A DNA stretch of 63,480 nucleotides, counting the filler, from Reclinomonas americana ATCC 50394 (lineage: Eukaryota): assembly GCA_048213135.1 (NCBI GenBank). It is 9 parts of 9 records of this genome, joined end to end, with 100 filler letters (N's around TTAATTAATTAA, not from the genome) between each part and the next. Parts side by side here need not be neighbours in the genome. Positions count along the whole stretch, not along the records: positions 37,069 to 53,900 come from AFZH01019606.1; positions 54,001 to 59,150 come from AFZH01019609.1; positions 59,251 to 61,644 come from AFZH01019610.1; positions 61,745 to 63,480 come from AFZH01019616.1; 5 more parts are not named here. One strand, given 5' to 3'. The notes under the pieces are model-generated. The model had not been told where the DNA came from, did not search any database, and worked only from the letters and a program-made list of their open reading frames with translations. Made by a program: the position numbers and the translations under genes. Each line of letters begins with the position of its first letter. Within the stretch, counting starts at the first letter, position 1. This document shows positions 51,041 to 63,480 of the stretch, piece by piece.

Positions 51041-52916
51041 TTGTTCCTTCGTCCTCTTCAGACCTCTCCTCATGTGCGACTTCAATGGCAACAAGCCGAG
51101 TCTGTGGTGCTGTTGGCCTGGGCGCGCGCAATGCCTTTCTGTGAGGGTGAGGAGCAGTGTGACGAGCACGCTGTGCGCATGGCCGATGTGACCATTGTCG
51201 CGGGAACGGTTGGTTGGCGAGAGTGCTTCGGTGTGGAAGATGAATTGCTGAGAACACACAAGTACACACACAGGAGGGCACTGAGCTGCGAGCACACTCA
51301 CTGGTGCTGGTGATGCGCTCGCCCTACTTTGCTGCCATGCTGGCCAACGGCGATGGTTGGTGTCATCATTCTCATCCATGTTGTCTCTTTCTTACTCATC
51401 GACATGCCGACAGAGTGGTCCGAGGGTGCTCAACGGCGCATCGAGAAGCGCAATGTGGCGACGCCAGTGATGCGCCAAGTACTGCGCTTCCTGTACACGG
51501 GCGCGGTGGATTATGCCTTGTCGGAGGTGTTTGCGCTGATGGCGGCCTGTGATGAGATGCGAGTCACGGAATTGTGGGAGCACTTGCTTGGAGTTGTCTC
51601 GCAGCGCATTGGAGTCGACACGGCGGTGTCGTTCTTGGAGAATGTGGATATGCTGGGGCCAGAGTTTGATCGCATCCAGCGCGACAGTTTGCTCATTGTC
51701 AGCAATCAAACATGCGAAGTGCTGCTGACAGACGCTTTCCTGCGGTGCTCGGTCGCGACGCTGATGCGTCTGTTGCTGCTCGACGAACTCGATGCCGACG
51801 AGGTCGATTTGTGGAGAGCCTTGTTGGCCTGGGGATGGTGCGTGTGGTGCACGTCGCTGCGATGGAGAATCATTTTCCTCGTGACACTCAACCGCGCGTG
51901 TAGCACACAGTGTGGAGTGGCAGTGGGCAAGGAGGTGGCGGAGTGGAGTGAAACGGAGCGGTTGCGGATTGCCGAGGTGTGTGCGGAGCCGGCTACTGCC
52001 ATTCGCCTGTATCACTTGCCGCGAGAGTGGTGTGTTATGGATATGAGAGTTCCCTGTCGTGATGTTCCAAGCTAATGCTTTCCTCTCCTCCGCCATGCGT
52101 ACAGCGTGCGCGAGGTGAAGCTGAGTCGTATCTTCCCTCCGCAACGGTACCTTTGGTGGACGGACTACTTGGCCGCCCCCGACCTGTTCCACGACGAGGT
52201 TGTCCCTCCGCCTCGCCTTCGACCACCGGCACTGCAGCAGCCGGTGCGCCCACCTGCTGCTGCGGTTGAGTCCCTTAGGTGGAGTGATGAGCTGCGTGGC
52301 AATCTGTATCGCGTGTCGCCCGATGGAATGGAGGCCACATTCACGCACAACGCACATGCCTACATTGGCTGCGTGGCCACGACGCCGTTGCCGGCAGGTC
52401 CCAATGGTGTGTGCGAAATACGATGTCACGTGCCCGCTGGCGCTGCGCAGTACTTTATGCTGGGCTTTTACGACGGAGCAAAAGTCGGCGAGATGATGAA
52501 TGTGAACTCACCGCATGGAGCAGCGAGTGGGCTGTTCATGCTCTGGCACACATCGTTTCCGTCGCTCCAGATTGCGGTGCGTTGATGCACGCATATGTTA
52601 CATCTTTTTCTTCAATGGTCACTGACCGAGGTTCGACTGCAGAACGGTTCGGCGCTGTCGCTCGCGCGCAGCAGCCCGGTGACGTTTGTGATCGACCAGC
52701 GACAAAAGACGATTGTGGCGCAGAGCAGTGGCATGGCTGAGGTGAGGTGCACGTGGGGTTTCTTTTCCCGACAGCGATGACGATTGCTGATAGATTGGTT
52801 GACAGCGAATCGATGACCGAGTGCCGAACTGGGTGGTACCGGACGATGTGCGCCTGTGCTACCTGGGATACACGCCGCAGCTGGCCATCAGGCTTGAGTG
52901 TGTCCGAGTATCGTGA
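51041..52916 (+). CDS. BTB/POZ-BACK domain protein with beta-rich C-terminal domain
   Basis: ADVTIVAGT|EGTELRAHSLVLVMRSPYFAAML...VLRFLYTG, LDADEVDLWRALLAWG. The start is uncertain. Confidence 0.8.
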
Positions 52917-53160
52917 GTGCAGTGTGGTGCGCCACCTTGCATTTTTGCATGTGTGTGGCGGCGTGTCAGTGCCGCTGCACCGACGAGGGATCGACCCGCG
53001 CGCGCACTGTGGTGCGACAGTCTTTGTAGCGTGCTGCTGTGACACTAACCAGCAGGAGGATGCACGACACGCAGAGACTTTGTGGTTTCGCACGCGTGTT
53101 CATATAATAACAGTCGACAGGCTGTGCTTCGCCAACTGGGAAGTCGCTTGAGTTTTTTTT

Positions 53161-53877
53161 TTACGCTTCCGGTACAAAGGCAATGGCTGCCCGCAGGTCG
53201 GCCGCAAGCCCTGCCGTCTGGAAGTTCTTGAACTTGTACCTGCATGCATGAACCAATCGTGAGTGACGGGGTTATACGAGAGACGGCGTGGTGCATGCGG
53301 AGACGCACACTTTGCCGGTGCCAAAGTCGATTGTGGTGATGGCATTGTTCGTGGCGTCCGTGCCAATCTGCAGTCGGCACATGTCAGCGGTGCAGTGATC
53401 AGAAATGTGCGTGGTTGTGTCGCTCGCAACAGCAATCCTGCCAAAGTCCGCCAGGTTGATGTTGAACGAGTACTTGGGGTTGATTGGCGACTCATCCTCC
53501 GTCCTGTGTACACGTCACCACGTTAGTCACCGCTGTGCAGTGCATTGCAACAATATCGATCACTGACATGCATTTGCTCACCACGAGACACTCAGAACAT
53601 TGGGCGTGAGAGCGGCACGCTCCAGCCACACCCAGCGCGTCTGCCACTTCTGTGAATGTTTGAAGCATGAGTGTGATGCACGTGGTGGTTCAGGAGGTAG
53701 GCGCGTACGAACATTCTTCAACTTGCCACCGAGCTTCTCGACCTTGTCCTTGGAGAGCCAGGCCTTGCGCTTGTTGCCCAGCAGCACCGCGATGTTGCCC
53801 TGTCCAGCGCCCACAAAGTCTTCTTCCTCCTCATCCTCATCCTCGGCCCCCTCCTCCGTCTCAAAGAAGCCGAGGGC
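53161..53877 (-). CDS. C-terminal PH-like domain of a gene truncated by the gap
   Basis: Spliced KAWLSKDKVEKLGGKLKN|KWQTRWVWLER...LSVSW|TEDESPINPKYSFNINLADF...KVYKFKNFQTAGLAADLRAAIAFVPEA*. Confidence 0.55.
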
Positions 53878-54059
53878 TGCATGATGACGGAAAATGCATA
53901 NNNNNNNNNNNNNNNNNNNNNNNNNNNNNNNNNNNNNNNNNNNNTTAATTAATTAANNNNNNNNNNNNNNNNNNNNNNNNNNNNNNNNNNNNNNNNNNNN
54001 GAGAGAGAGAGAGAGAGAGAGAGAGTGAGACGAGTGAGAGGAGAGAGAGAGAGAGAGAG

Positions 54060-57000
54060 GGCGCTGCTTGAGTCGCCCGAACACTGGCACGCACCGTGGT
54101 TATTGCATGTGCCGTGTGGAGGTGGGACTGTAGTCGTAGCTGGCGCTGCCTGTTGTCGTCCGTGATCACCGGCACTTTAGCAGTCCAGAGCATGTCGTAG
54201 TTACAGCAGCTGGCATTTGTGTGATCGCCCGTGTACAGACAAGTACCGTCACTCTCGCACACTCCCTTACAATGCATACGCGATGCACCTGCACAGTACG
54301 CACGTTCCGTGTCTAGAATCTCCTCCTGACATGATGTATATGTGTGCATGCACAGGGGACAGCTGCTGTCCTCGCTGTTGAATGGACCGCTGCGTGCGGC
54401 GCACTTGGTCACCACTCTCGACTTGTCGTACAACGTTGCGCACTCGTTTTCTTCTCCCTCTTCTTCTTTGAGTAGCACCTCATCATCGATTGTGACAGTC
54501 ACTGGGTGTGGACGGTGCTGAGCTGGTGGCACGCTTTCTCTGCGCACCGTCCACCGCGGTCGGCGGCAGCAATTTGCGAGCACTGCTTCTCGCTAGGTGC
54601 AACCTCACGGCCGACGGCTGCACCATTCTGCTGCGTTCGATGGTGAGTGCGGTAACTCCCGTGACCAGCAGCGAAGGCAGTGTGTCCGCAACGACGACAA
54701 CCACCACCACTACAACTACCACTGCCACTACGGCTGCGACGGCCGCAGCACATGTGGGTGACGATGGCTCCGACGAAGACGTCGATGACTCGTCGCCGTT
54801 GCATCACAAAAGAGAGGTGGCGACCCCTGTGACCATCGGTTCGCGACTGATCTCCCTCGACATGAGTGGCAACGGCGCGCAAGTCATGCATGTTGGCATT
54901 GCGTCGGAGCTGGCGACCTGCCATCAAGTGCTGCAGCAGATCACGCTGCTCACACCCGAGCAGGAGAGCAGTTGCGTGTGTTTTTGTTGCGTGCTCGCAC
55001 AATTGATATACTTAATGGCGCCCGCCCTCGCAGGTCTGTCGGTGGGTGAGGCGGCGTGGGTGGATCGCCTGAAGAGTGCGCTGCAGGCCAATGTGCAGCG
55101 GGCGGGTGGTGGTACAGATGTCGGCGGCAGCATGGTACGGCAGGGCTCGATGGGGCGCAATGCGCTGTCATCCATTCGCCGCTCGCTCTCCAGCAGTCGC
55201 ATGAATATTCTCGATCAAGTTCGTACCCATGCCACCAAGGTGCGTTGCCTTGTGCGTCCATTGTTGTTCCAGCCTGAAATTCACGAAGCCGCGCGCAGCT
55301 GGAGCGTGAGCAGTGGCAGCAAGGGGCGGCGAGAGACTCGTCGGCGGAGCACCTCACGTTGAGGCCTGTCTCCGGCGATTTTGTGCTGGTGGAGATGGAC
55401 GATGAGGCGAGGCATGCGCGCCAGACAGCAGCGCAACCGTGGTGACGTAATCTTTGATGTCCGTATTGCGCGTGGTACAACTCTCACGCCGGATTTCACT
55501 CGCAGGGAGTCTGTTGAGCGTCCTGTGTGCAGTTTGTGTCGTGCCAACATTGCCGGCGACGGTACCAGATTACGCGGTGAGTCGAGGAAAAAGAGTAGCT
55601 TCTCCTGGCCCCGGTCTAACGTCCGTCTGCGATGCACAGAGTGCGGCCACTTGTTCTGCAACCAGGTTTGTCGATTTTTTTAATTATTATTGTTGCTGAT
55701 TTGTCTCCTCAGTTGCGAATGTGCGTGCGCAGTGCATCGATCAACATCTCGCCATGACGGTCCAAGTGGCCGAACAGTTCCCCGAGCGGCTTGTGTGCCC
55801 GGCCCCGCAGTGTACCTGTACCATATCAGACGCGGAAATTCGAGCACATCTGTCGCCCCAGCTGCAGCAGCGGTACGACACGCTGTCCATTCAAGCCGCC
55901 ATGCGTGACGCGTTGCGTGCTCGTCGTCCACGTCGATGCGTGTTGCGTGCGTGTGTGTCGCTGACCGCCACTCTTCTTTTCGCAGTGCCTCGCATTCCCC
56001 TGCTGTGGCCGCCTCCATGCCACCACTCCCCGCGGCAGCGCAGCCGCTGCCGGCACCGGCGCTGCCATTGTCTGCCACCGTCATGATGACGCCGCTGCGG
56101 CCATTCCACTTGGCGGGCTTTGACGACGACGATGATGATGACGGCGGCAGTGGCCATATCCGTCCGTACGCGATGACGGCGGCGGATGCCACGTCGCCGG
56201 CGGGTGCCCGTCAATCGGCACCAATGGCATACAATCCGTATGGTGAGTTCCGCGACACGACGTGCGCGATCCAAGGTTTTTTTCGTCAATTCACTGCTCT
56301 CCGACCAGATCCAACTGCCGTGATGCCGCAGCCTGTCGCACGGCAACCCTCGTTCGTGCAGCCTTCACGCAGTGGTTCGTCGGCGAGCTGGCGTGTCTCG
56401 TGTCTCCGTTCTTTCCCCCACTCAAATCTCTCTCTCTCTCTTGTTCAACAGAAGAGGATGCGCTGCTGGCCCAGCGACTGCAGGACGAGGAAGACAGGAG
56501 AATGCGTGAAATTCAACAGCAGCAGCAGCAACAGCAGCAGCGACTGCGACAGCCGCCGCTGCCGCCGCAGCCGCAACCCTTGCTGCAGCAGCATTCGCGC
56601 TCGAGCCTGGGCAGTCGCTCGGCCACTGTCGAAGAGGCCGACAGTGAGCTCGCGGCACAGCTGCAAGCGGAGGAGAACCAGCAGAGCATACTGGCCATGC
56701 GGCGCCCCTCCAGCTCGCTGCTGCCGGTGCTGCCGCGCATTCTCATGCAGCCTGAGGGCACCATCGAAAGCATGCAGCAGCTGCTGGCCGTGCTTCATCG
56801 GCAACACGAGGACATGCGCGAGATCTTTGGGCGCGAGCTGATGCTGGACTCTGACGATGAGCACTCCGAGGCCGACTTTCTCGGACGCGGCAGCATCCGA
56901 CCTCACGAGCCACAGACGTACGAGGAGCTGTTGGAGTTGTCGGAGCGCATTGGGCGTGCAGGCGGCCTGTCAAACACGCAAGTCGACGAGCGTACCCGTG

Positions 57001-57372
57001 TGCATGTCATGCAGCCCGGTGAGCGCATGGCCGAGGGATGTGAAAGGTATGCTCCGCAGATTGAAGATGCAGAGTTGTTGCTCACCTCCTTTCGTCGCAG
57101 CTGTCCAGTGTGTCTGAGCGAGTACTCTGCGGGCGAAGAGGTGAAAACACATTGCTCTCTCTCGCTGCCCCGCGCACACGTGCTCACTGCTCACAAACAC
57201 ACAGATCCGCACGCTGCCATGCTTCCACCAATTCCACAAAGCGTGTGTCGACCGCTGGCTCGTGCAAGACAAGCACTGCCCGACCTGTCGCGCCACAGTC
57301 GACGATGCAGCCGGCGAGGTCCCCGTTGCCAGTCCACCACCACAGCAGCAGCAACCGGCAGGTCGCAGATAA
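54060..57372 (+). CDS. LRR + RING-HC-like + UIM-like + RING-H2 E3 ubiquitin ligase (5' end in gap)
   Basis: LVTTLDLSYN|SLGVDGA and LRALLLARCNLTADG (LRR); CSLC...CGHLFCNQ|CIDQH...LVCPAPQC; EEDALLAQRLQDEE; YEELLELSERIG; CPVCLSEY...IRTLPCFHQFHKACVDRWL...CPTCR. Confidence 0.8.
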
Positions 57373-57475
57373 AGAGAGTGAAAAAAACAGTCTGTGTACA
57401 GTGAACTTACAATTGGCGGGATGCGCAATTGTCCCTCGTCGCTCTCTCTCTGTCATCACAACGTGCGTTCCAATC

Positions 57476-59250
57476 ATGCAGCGCTATCACCAGCTGGAGG
57501 TGATTGGCGAAGGCTCCTTTGGGCGCGTCTTCAAAGTTGCGTGCACACACACTCTGTGATGTGAGAGAAGAAGACGAGGAAGAAGAAGAAGAAGTCGAAC
57601 TCACACATGATTTGCGCGCGCGCGCTCACAAACAACGAGAGAGATGTCGCTCTCTCACGCACACACACACTCTCTTTGACATTTCGTTGTCTTTTGCTCT
57701 CTCTCTCTCTCTCTGTACTCTCACTCTCCCTGCTGCCCCTCAGTTGTCACACACGCTCTCACTTTCTCTCACTCTCTCTCTCTCTCACTGAACAGGGACG
57801 CATCAAGCACACGGGGCAGATTGTGGCCATGAAGTTCATCACGAAACACAACAAGACAGAACGCGATCTGAAGAACCTGCGACAAGAGATTGAGATCTTG
57901 CGCAAGCTCGATCACCCCAACATCATTCTCATGATTGACGCGTTTGAGACACCCGACGAGTTCTGTGTCGTCATGGAGTACGCACAGGTGAAGCATGAGG
58001 AGCACAAGTCTCTCTCACTCACGCATACACTCTCTCACTGCTATTGCGTGCAGGGTGAGTTGTTTGAGATTTTGGAGGAGGACCAGCAGCTGCCGGAGAA
58101 TGTGGTGCAGTCGATTGCGCGCCAGTTGGTGCGCGCGTTGGAGTATTTGCACGCGAATCGCATCATCCATCGCGACATGAAGCCGCAGAACATTCTCGTG
58201 TCGTCGTCGGGAGTGATCAAGCTGTGCGACTTTGGCTTTGCGCGGGCCATGTCGGTCAACACGATGGTGCTGACCTCGATCAAGGGCACGCCGTTGTACA
58301 TGTCGCCCGAGCTCGTGCAGGAACAGCCGTACAACAACACGGCGGATCTGTGGTCGCTGGGCGTCATTCTCTACGAGCTCTTTGTCGGCCAGCCGCCGTT
58401 CTACACCAACAACATTTACTCGCTCATTCACCTCATTGTCAAGGATCCCGTCAAGTTCCCGCGCAACATGGTCCGCCCCCTTTGCTTTCCTTCCCCCTTC
58501 GCATTCTCCTCTTCTGCGTCTCTCACCTGTTTGTGGGGGGAATGCAGAGTGCCGATTTCAAGAACTTCCTGAAGGGTCTGTTGCACAAGACGCCGTCGAA
58601 GCGACTCAACTGGCCGGCGCTGGCCGAGCATCCGTTCGTGCAGGAGACTGATCAAGAGCGGTGGGTCAACACTTGTACTTTCCTGTCACCGTCGCGAGGT
58701 TTGCGAACTCACTCGCCGCTCCCTCCAGTGCCGACCGTGAAGAGTTGTATCGCAACGATCTCGGCCGGCAACGCCTGCTGCACTTGTTGCGACACCCGCC
58801 ATCGGCATCTCGCATAATACGCTCTCAGGTCTCTGGTGCCTCTGCGTCTGCTGCTGCAGCGGCGGCTGCGTCGGCCAGCGACGGCGCCGTCACCGGCCAA
58901 GTGCCGTCGCTGTCGCTTCAGTCGTACGAGACGCACTCCAACGCGCAACTCATGTCGGCTCGTCAACGCCCGGGAGAGAGCAAGACACGATCTGCGGCCG
59001 CCGCAGGTGGTTCTGGCTCTGCAGCACCTCCGACCATGACAGGTGTGTGTGTGTGTGCGCGTGTATGTGCGGAAATGATCTGGCCTCTTTACTCCCTCTC
59101 ACTGTGCGTGTGCAGTGGACGAGGAGTTGACGGAAATGGAGAGGCAATGCNNNNNNNNNNNNNNNNNNNNNNNNNNNNNNNNNNNNNNNNNNNNTTAATT
59201 AATTAANNNNNNNNNNNNNNNNNNNNNNNNNNNNNNNNNNNNNNNNNNNN

Positions 59251-59312
<62 letters not shown>

Positions 59313-61644
59313 GTCTCGTCTCTTCGTCTCCCTCCCCTCCTCTCCCTCCTCTCTCTCTCCCTCTCCCTCTCCTTCTCCCTCGCCCACTCCCTCTCCCCCT
59401 CTCTCTCCCTCTCCCTCCCCCTCTCCCTCTCCCTTCCCCTCACTGACACGCAATAATGCGGGTACAGATTTGGTAGAGAGCGGATTCCATCCGAATGTGG
59501 GCTCGCTGCTGGTGAGCGTGGCGTACCACTCGCTGCGCAGCATCTCGTCGAGCACCTACCCGGAGCACGTGTGGGAAATGTTCTTCAACGTGTACTCCGC
59601 CGTGTTTGCGCACCTCCCGCCGACGGCCTCGCCAGCCATTCACGCCGACTTGCTGAGGGTGAGCGGCGTGACGAGAGAAGCATGAGACGAATCATCGCGT
59701 GGCGCTGACAGACATGCTCGTGGTGCAGATTGCCGTGCTTATTCTGCGCGCTCTGGCGGCCGACCCAGCCGGCACCGATCGAGCGTACTTTATGGCGGCT
59801 CGCTCCAAGGCCATCAAGGACATTGCGAGCATTTTGGTGGGCGACTCAACCAAGAGATTCGGTGGACAAGGTGTGTGTGCCGCACATCCGCCTCTTTGTG
59901 TTTTTTGCGGGAGATTTTGTTGCCGTACTGATGGCAGTGACAGAGGGTGTTTCGCTGGTTATCGAGGCACTGTCGGCCGCCGTGCACCCGACACACAATC
60001 CCGACGAACTCAGCTCCGAGTTCATTTTGCCATTCCCCTACACCAAGGCCGCAGCTGTACGGGAAACGCGTCGCACCATGAACTTTGATTTGATTGTTGC
60101 GTGCGCCGCCTGCTGTCTGTGCGTATGTGTGCGGTTTGTTCGCGGCTGACCAACCAATGTCGCGCACAGATTCGCAAAGACGTCGGCGACACGTTGCGCA
60201 CGGAGAATGGCCCGCGTGCCGTCCTCGCGCTGTTGTCGACACCGAGGCAGCAGCATGTGCCATTCACCCACCTGCTACGAGTTGCGCCGCTCCTTTGTTC
60301 GTGAAGCGCGTCGATGCCACTGACCACGTTGGCATTTTTCTTTGCATAGGTCGTGTTTCAATGCTGCCGCTTCTCGCCCAAGTTTGGCGTGGAGATTCTG
60401 AAGCTGCCTGGACTGCCGGCGGTCGTCAATTCGCTTCTCAGTTTCGTTGATCGTCACGCTCCCCCATGAGCGCTTGTCATGTACTTTCTGCGCTGACGCT
60501 CTTCTTGTCTCGTTGGTGCAGACGAGCTGGAAGGTGAAGATCTCGGCCTGTTTTTCCACATTGTCTCCATTTTGGTGCTCCTCGAAAGCACACCGCCACA
60601 CAATGCGCGACCAACGTTGCGTGATGACCCGCCGTTTCTTCATTTCATTTCCGTGTCCTTTTGTGGCGTTGTGCTGATGGTGGCGATGACGCAGGCTGTC
60701 GGCTGAGATCGGTGACACACTGTGCCGGCGAGCAGCTGCCTGTATTCGCAACGTGTCGGGCGTTCACCTGTCGCTGCTCATTGGATCCGCGGCCTCGTGG
60801 GCTTTCTCGCGCATTCTCGCGTTCGAGCAGGTGCGTGTGTGGTTAATTCGCAAATTCGCTGACACCTGCTCACTGATGCGCACCGCACCAGAGTACTCGT
60901 CTGCCGGAATCTGTGCCACCGGGAGAACGGCAGGCTGTGGTCACTCGACTTGTCGATCGGTTCTCGCTGACATCCGGTGCCCTCTGGTCGAGTATTGCCC
61001 GGGCGCTGTGCATTGCGGTGAGTGTTTATGTGTGCATTGTGCGCGCGCATATATCGACTTTCGTGTTTTGCTCAAACAATCTGCATCTTTATTATTTCAG
61101 ATCCCTGAGCAGAACCGGCTCAACCGTCTGGAAGGCACTGGCTACGGCTATCCCGACTCTGGTTTCCATGATGGTTTCGCCGCGCTTCTGGCGGAAGCTG
61201 TGGCTCTGGTGCGTCGTGTGAGTGTGGCCAGGAGATCGATGAATACTGATTTTATTTTGGTCGGGGTGTGCAGAAATCGCCGGAGGTGATTGAGACGCTG
61301 GAGACCGCGAATGTCTGGGAGGGCGTGCGGCACTCGATCTGCCAGCTGTTTCCGCCGACGGGTGGCGAGTACTCAACATGCGAGGTACAGGGTGTGCACT
61401 GCGGTTGATGGCGATGAGATGCTCAGTTGTTGATGCCGCGATTATGTAGCTCTCGCCATTTGGTTTGCTGTACGCTGTGCGCTACACGTACGATTACATG
61501 AGCAGCAAGAATGTGGCCTGCGATAGTGTGCTCACCGACAAGGAACTGCTCGGCAACTTGGTCAGCATCCTCAGTCCCGAGTGCTTGCAGGCCATTGCCG
61601 CGTGGTGAGTGACACGAGTCTCTCTTTTTTCCCTGGTGGTAGAG
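57476..61644 (+). CDS. STK36: Fused/STK36/TIO-family Ser/Thr kinase, spanning the gap at 59151-59250; 3' end in next gap
   Basis: [35 protein letters not shown]...LRQEIEIL...[35 protein letters not shown], followed by a helical-repeat C-terminal region. Confidence 0.9.
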
Positions 61645-61979
61645 NNNNNNNNNNNNNNNNNNNNNNNNNNNNNNNNNNNNNNNNNNNNTTAATTAATTAA
61701 NNNNNNNNNNNNNNNNNNNNNNNNNNNNNNNNNNNNNNNNNNNNATACCACTCCAACGCCGCCGCCGCATTGTGCACCGGCAAATGCGGCGTCAACTTGC
61801 TCACTTGAACCTCTGCCATGATAATGTATGCGCGCACTTGAAGTGAGTCGAAAGTGATGGGTCCAGTTTGCCACGAGTTTGCGGGAGCGGGACAGTTTGC
61901 GCGCGACTCGCTCGGCGATAACACACAAAGCATCTTTGCACTTTTGTGAGCGTTTCTCCGTGTGCACTGATCGTCGGGC

Positions 61980-63480
61980 ATGACGCTGCTTACGTGGGTG
62001 AGTAGAGTGGCATACACATAAGCAAAAGTGCGCACACAGAAACGCTTATTATGCGCATGTGTGTGCAGTTGTTGGTGTTGACACCTGTGGTGTTGGCGTT
62101 GCATTCGCTGGTGTGGTACTGGCGCAAGCGCGGTGGCCTTCCCGGACCCACTTTTGTCATTCCGTGGATTGGATGTTAAGCGCGCATTGTCATCATCATC
62201 ATCACATGCATCGGAGTTGACTTTTTCCCTCAGGTATCATTGATCTGGTGATGCATCCGGTGGAGTTCTGGCAAAAGCAGCGTGATTTCGCGCCCAATGG
62301 AGTCTCGGTGAACTACATTCTCGGCAACCTCATGGTCTTCATCACCAACACCGACATGGCCAAGTCGATTTTCCAGCAAATCGATGACTTTGTGGTGCGG
62401 CCTCACTCTCCTTCCTGCTCTCTCTCTCTCTCCCGCACTCTGAGCATGTGTCGCGCTGCAGCTGTACGCGCACCCGAATGCCACGTTCCTCTTTGGCCCG
62501 GAGAACCTGATCTTCAAGGACCCCGATGTTCACCGGTGAGGGCGGACGATGCGGGTCAATGCAGTTTTTGTTTTTTGCACTGATCGTGTGTGTACATTAT
62601 CATGTACAGTCGCTACCGCTCACTGCTCCACAAGGGCATGTTCGGTGAGGAGTCGCTGCACTCGTACCTGGACGGCATGGAGACGTCGATTCGCGAATTT
62701 ATGCGCGAGAAGGTCGTCGGCAAGGAGTTTATTGATGCCCGCCTCGAGCTGCGCTTTGCCAATGCGCTCGCCTCGCAGCGCAGCTTCTGCGGCCCCTACC
62801 TCCCCGAGGTTTGCTGTCTCTCTCTTACGCCCTCCTTTTTTACCCCGTCTTTGCACTCATTTTTTTGTGGCGCAGAGCGTGCGCGGAGAAATGGCCGAGG
62901 ACATTCTCACTTTCACTCAGGGCTTCCTGTGCTTCCCGCTGCCGTTCCCGGGCACCGGTCTCGGCCGTGCCATTGCCGCGCGCAAGCGTCTCCGCGCTCA
63001 TGTGAGTCCTGTCCCCTGTGCTTTGTGGAGGAGAAGGGCGCTTGGCTGACGAGTGCGTTTTTTTGTGTGTGATGCACAGATTATCAAGGCTGTGGAGCTG
63101 GGGTGTGTTGTTGCCTTCCCACTCTCAATCTCATTTGTGTGCTTCCACTCATTTATTTTGCTCCTCATCGCACAGCAAGGAGTACATTGCCAAGGGCGGC
63201 AAGCCGCGCTGCGTGCTCGACTACTGGTGTGTCGAGGCTGAGAAGGTGCGCGCAAATTTCCATTTTTCTCTCCTTGTCGCCCCCGCTTAACCACTGCATT
63301 TCTCACCGCAGCGTGGACCCGAGTACACCGCCGCCGGCATCAGCGACACGGGCACTGAGACGGGCCACATTGCGTCCACGGTCAGCATCACGCTGCCTTG
63401 CTCTCGCAGTTTCTTCAGCATTCTCGCTGACTCATTCTTTTCGTCACAGGTGCTCGATTTCCTGTTTGCCAGCCAGGATG
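61980..63480 (+). CDS. Cytochrome P450, CYP710/CYP61 (sterol C-22 desaturase)-like; runs off the window
   Basis: N-terminal TM, LPGPTFVIPWIGCIIDLVMHPVEFW, LFGPENLIF, FPLPFPGTGLGRAIAAR, PRCVLDYW, VLDFLFASQD. Confidence 0.85.

Noticed and set aside
53263..53526. Plus-strand ORF with pentapeptide-like look (AHFAGA, ANLQSA)
   Set aside because: It lies antisense to a cleanly spliced PH-like gene.
1..63480. Alternative genetic code or stop read-through
   Set aside because: In-frame stops in the conserved genes I traced fall inside introns, and TAA, TAG and TGA all end genes.
1..63480. tRNA, rRNA, snRNA genes or transposase/RT ORFs
   Set aside because: None were recognisable by eye. Small intronic ncRNAs cannot be excluded without covariance-model searches.

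Overview
Gene-dense, intron-rich (mostly ~60-100 nt introns), GC-rich eukaryotic (protist-like) genomic scaffold. It is broken by eight 100-nt gap linkers (44 N + TTAATTAATTAA + 44 N). By hand splicing I find about 20 genes: a Ctr copper transporter, two tandem paralogous small membrane proteins, a divergent pair of orphan genes flanked by a ~170-200 bp direct repeat, a GT61 glycosyltransferase, PSMG2, PPCS, YJU2, a TLY-type MAPK, an LGFP-repeat protein of bacterial type, a Furry/Tao3-like protein that appears to end in an RGS domain, an ankyrin protein, a giant PMP-repeat multi-TM surface protein, a BTB-BACK protein, a PH-like protein, an LRR/dual-RING E3 ligase, Fused/STK36 kinase and a CYP710-like P450. 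The main signal is in the splicing. At least 32 introns, many frame-fixed inside conserved domains, use a one-base-shifted donor GT-T-(G/A)(C/A)G (mostly GTTGCGT), and 29 of these follow a non-G exon end. One GC variant (GCTGAGT) and one U12-type AT-AC intron (in the MAPK) also occur. Exon boundaries were inferred by eye and no database search was run.
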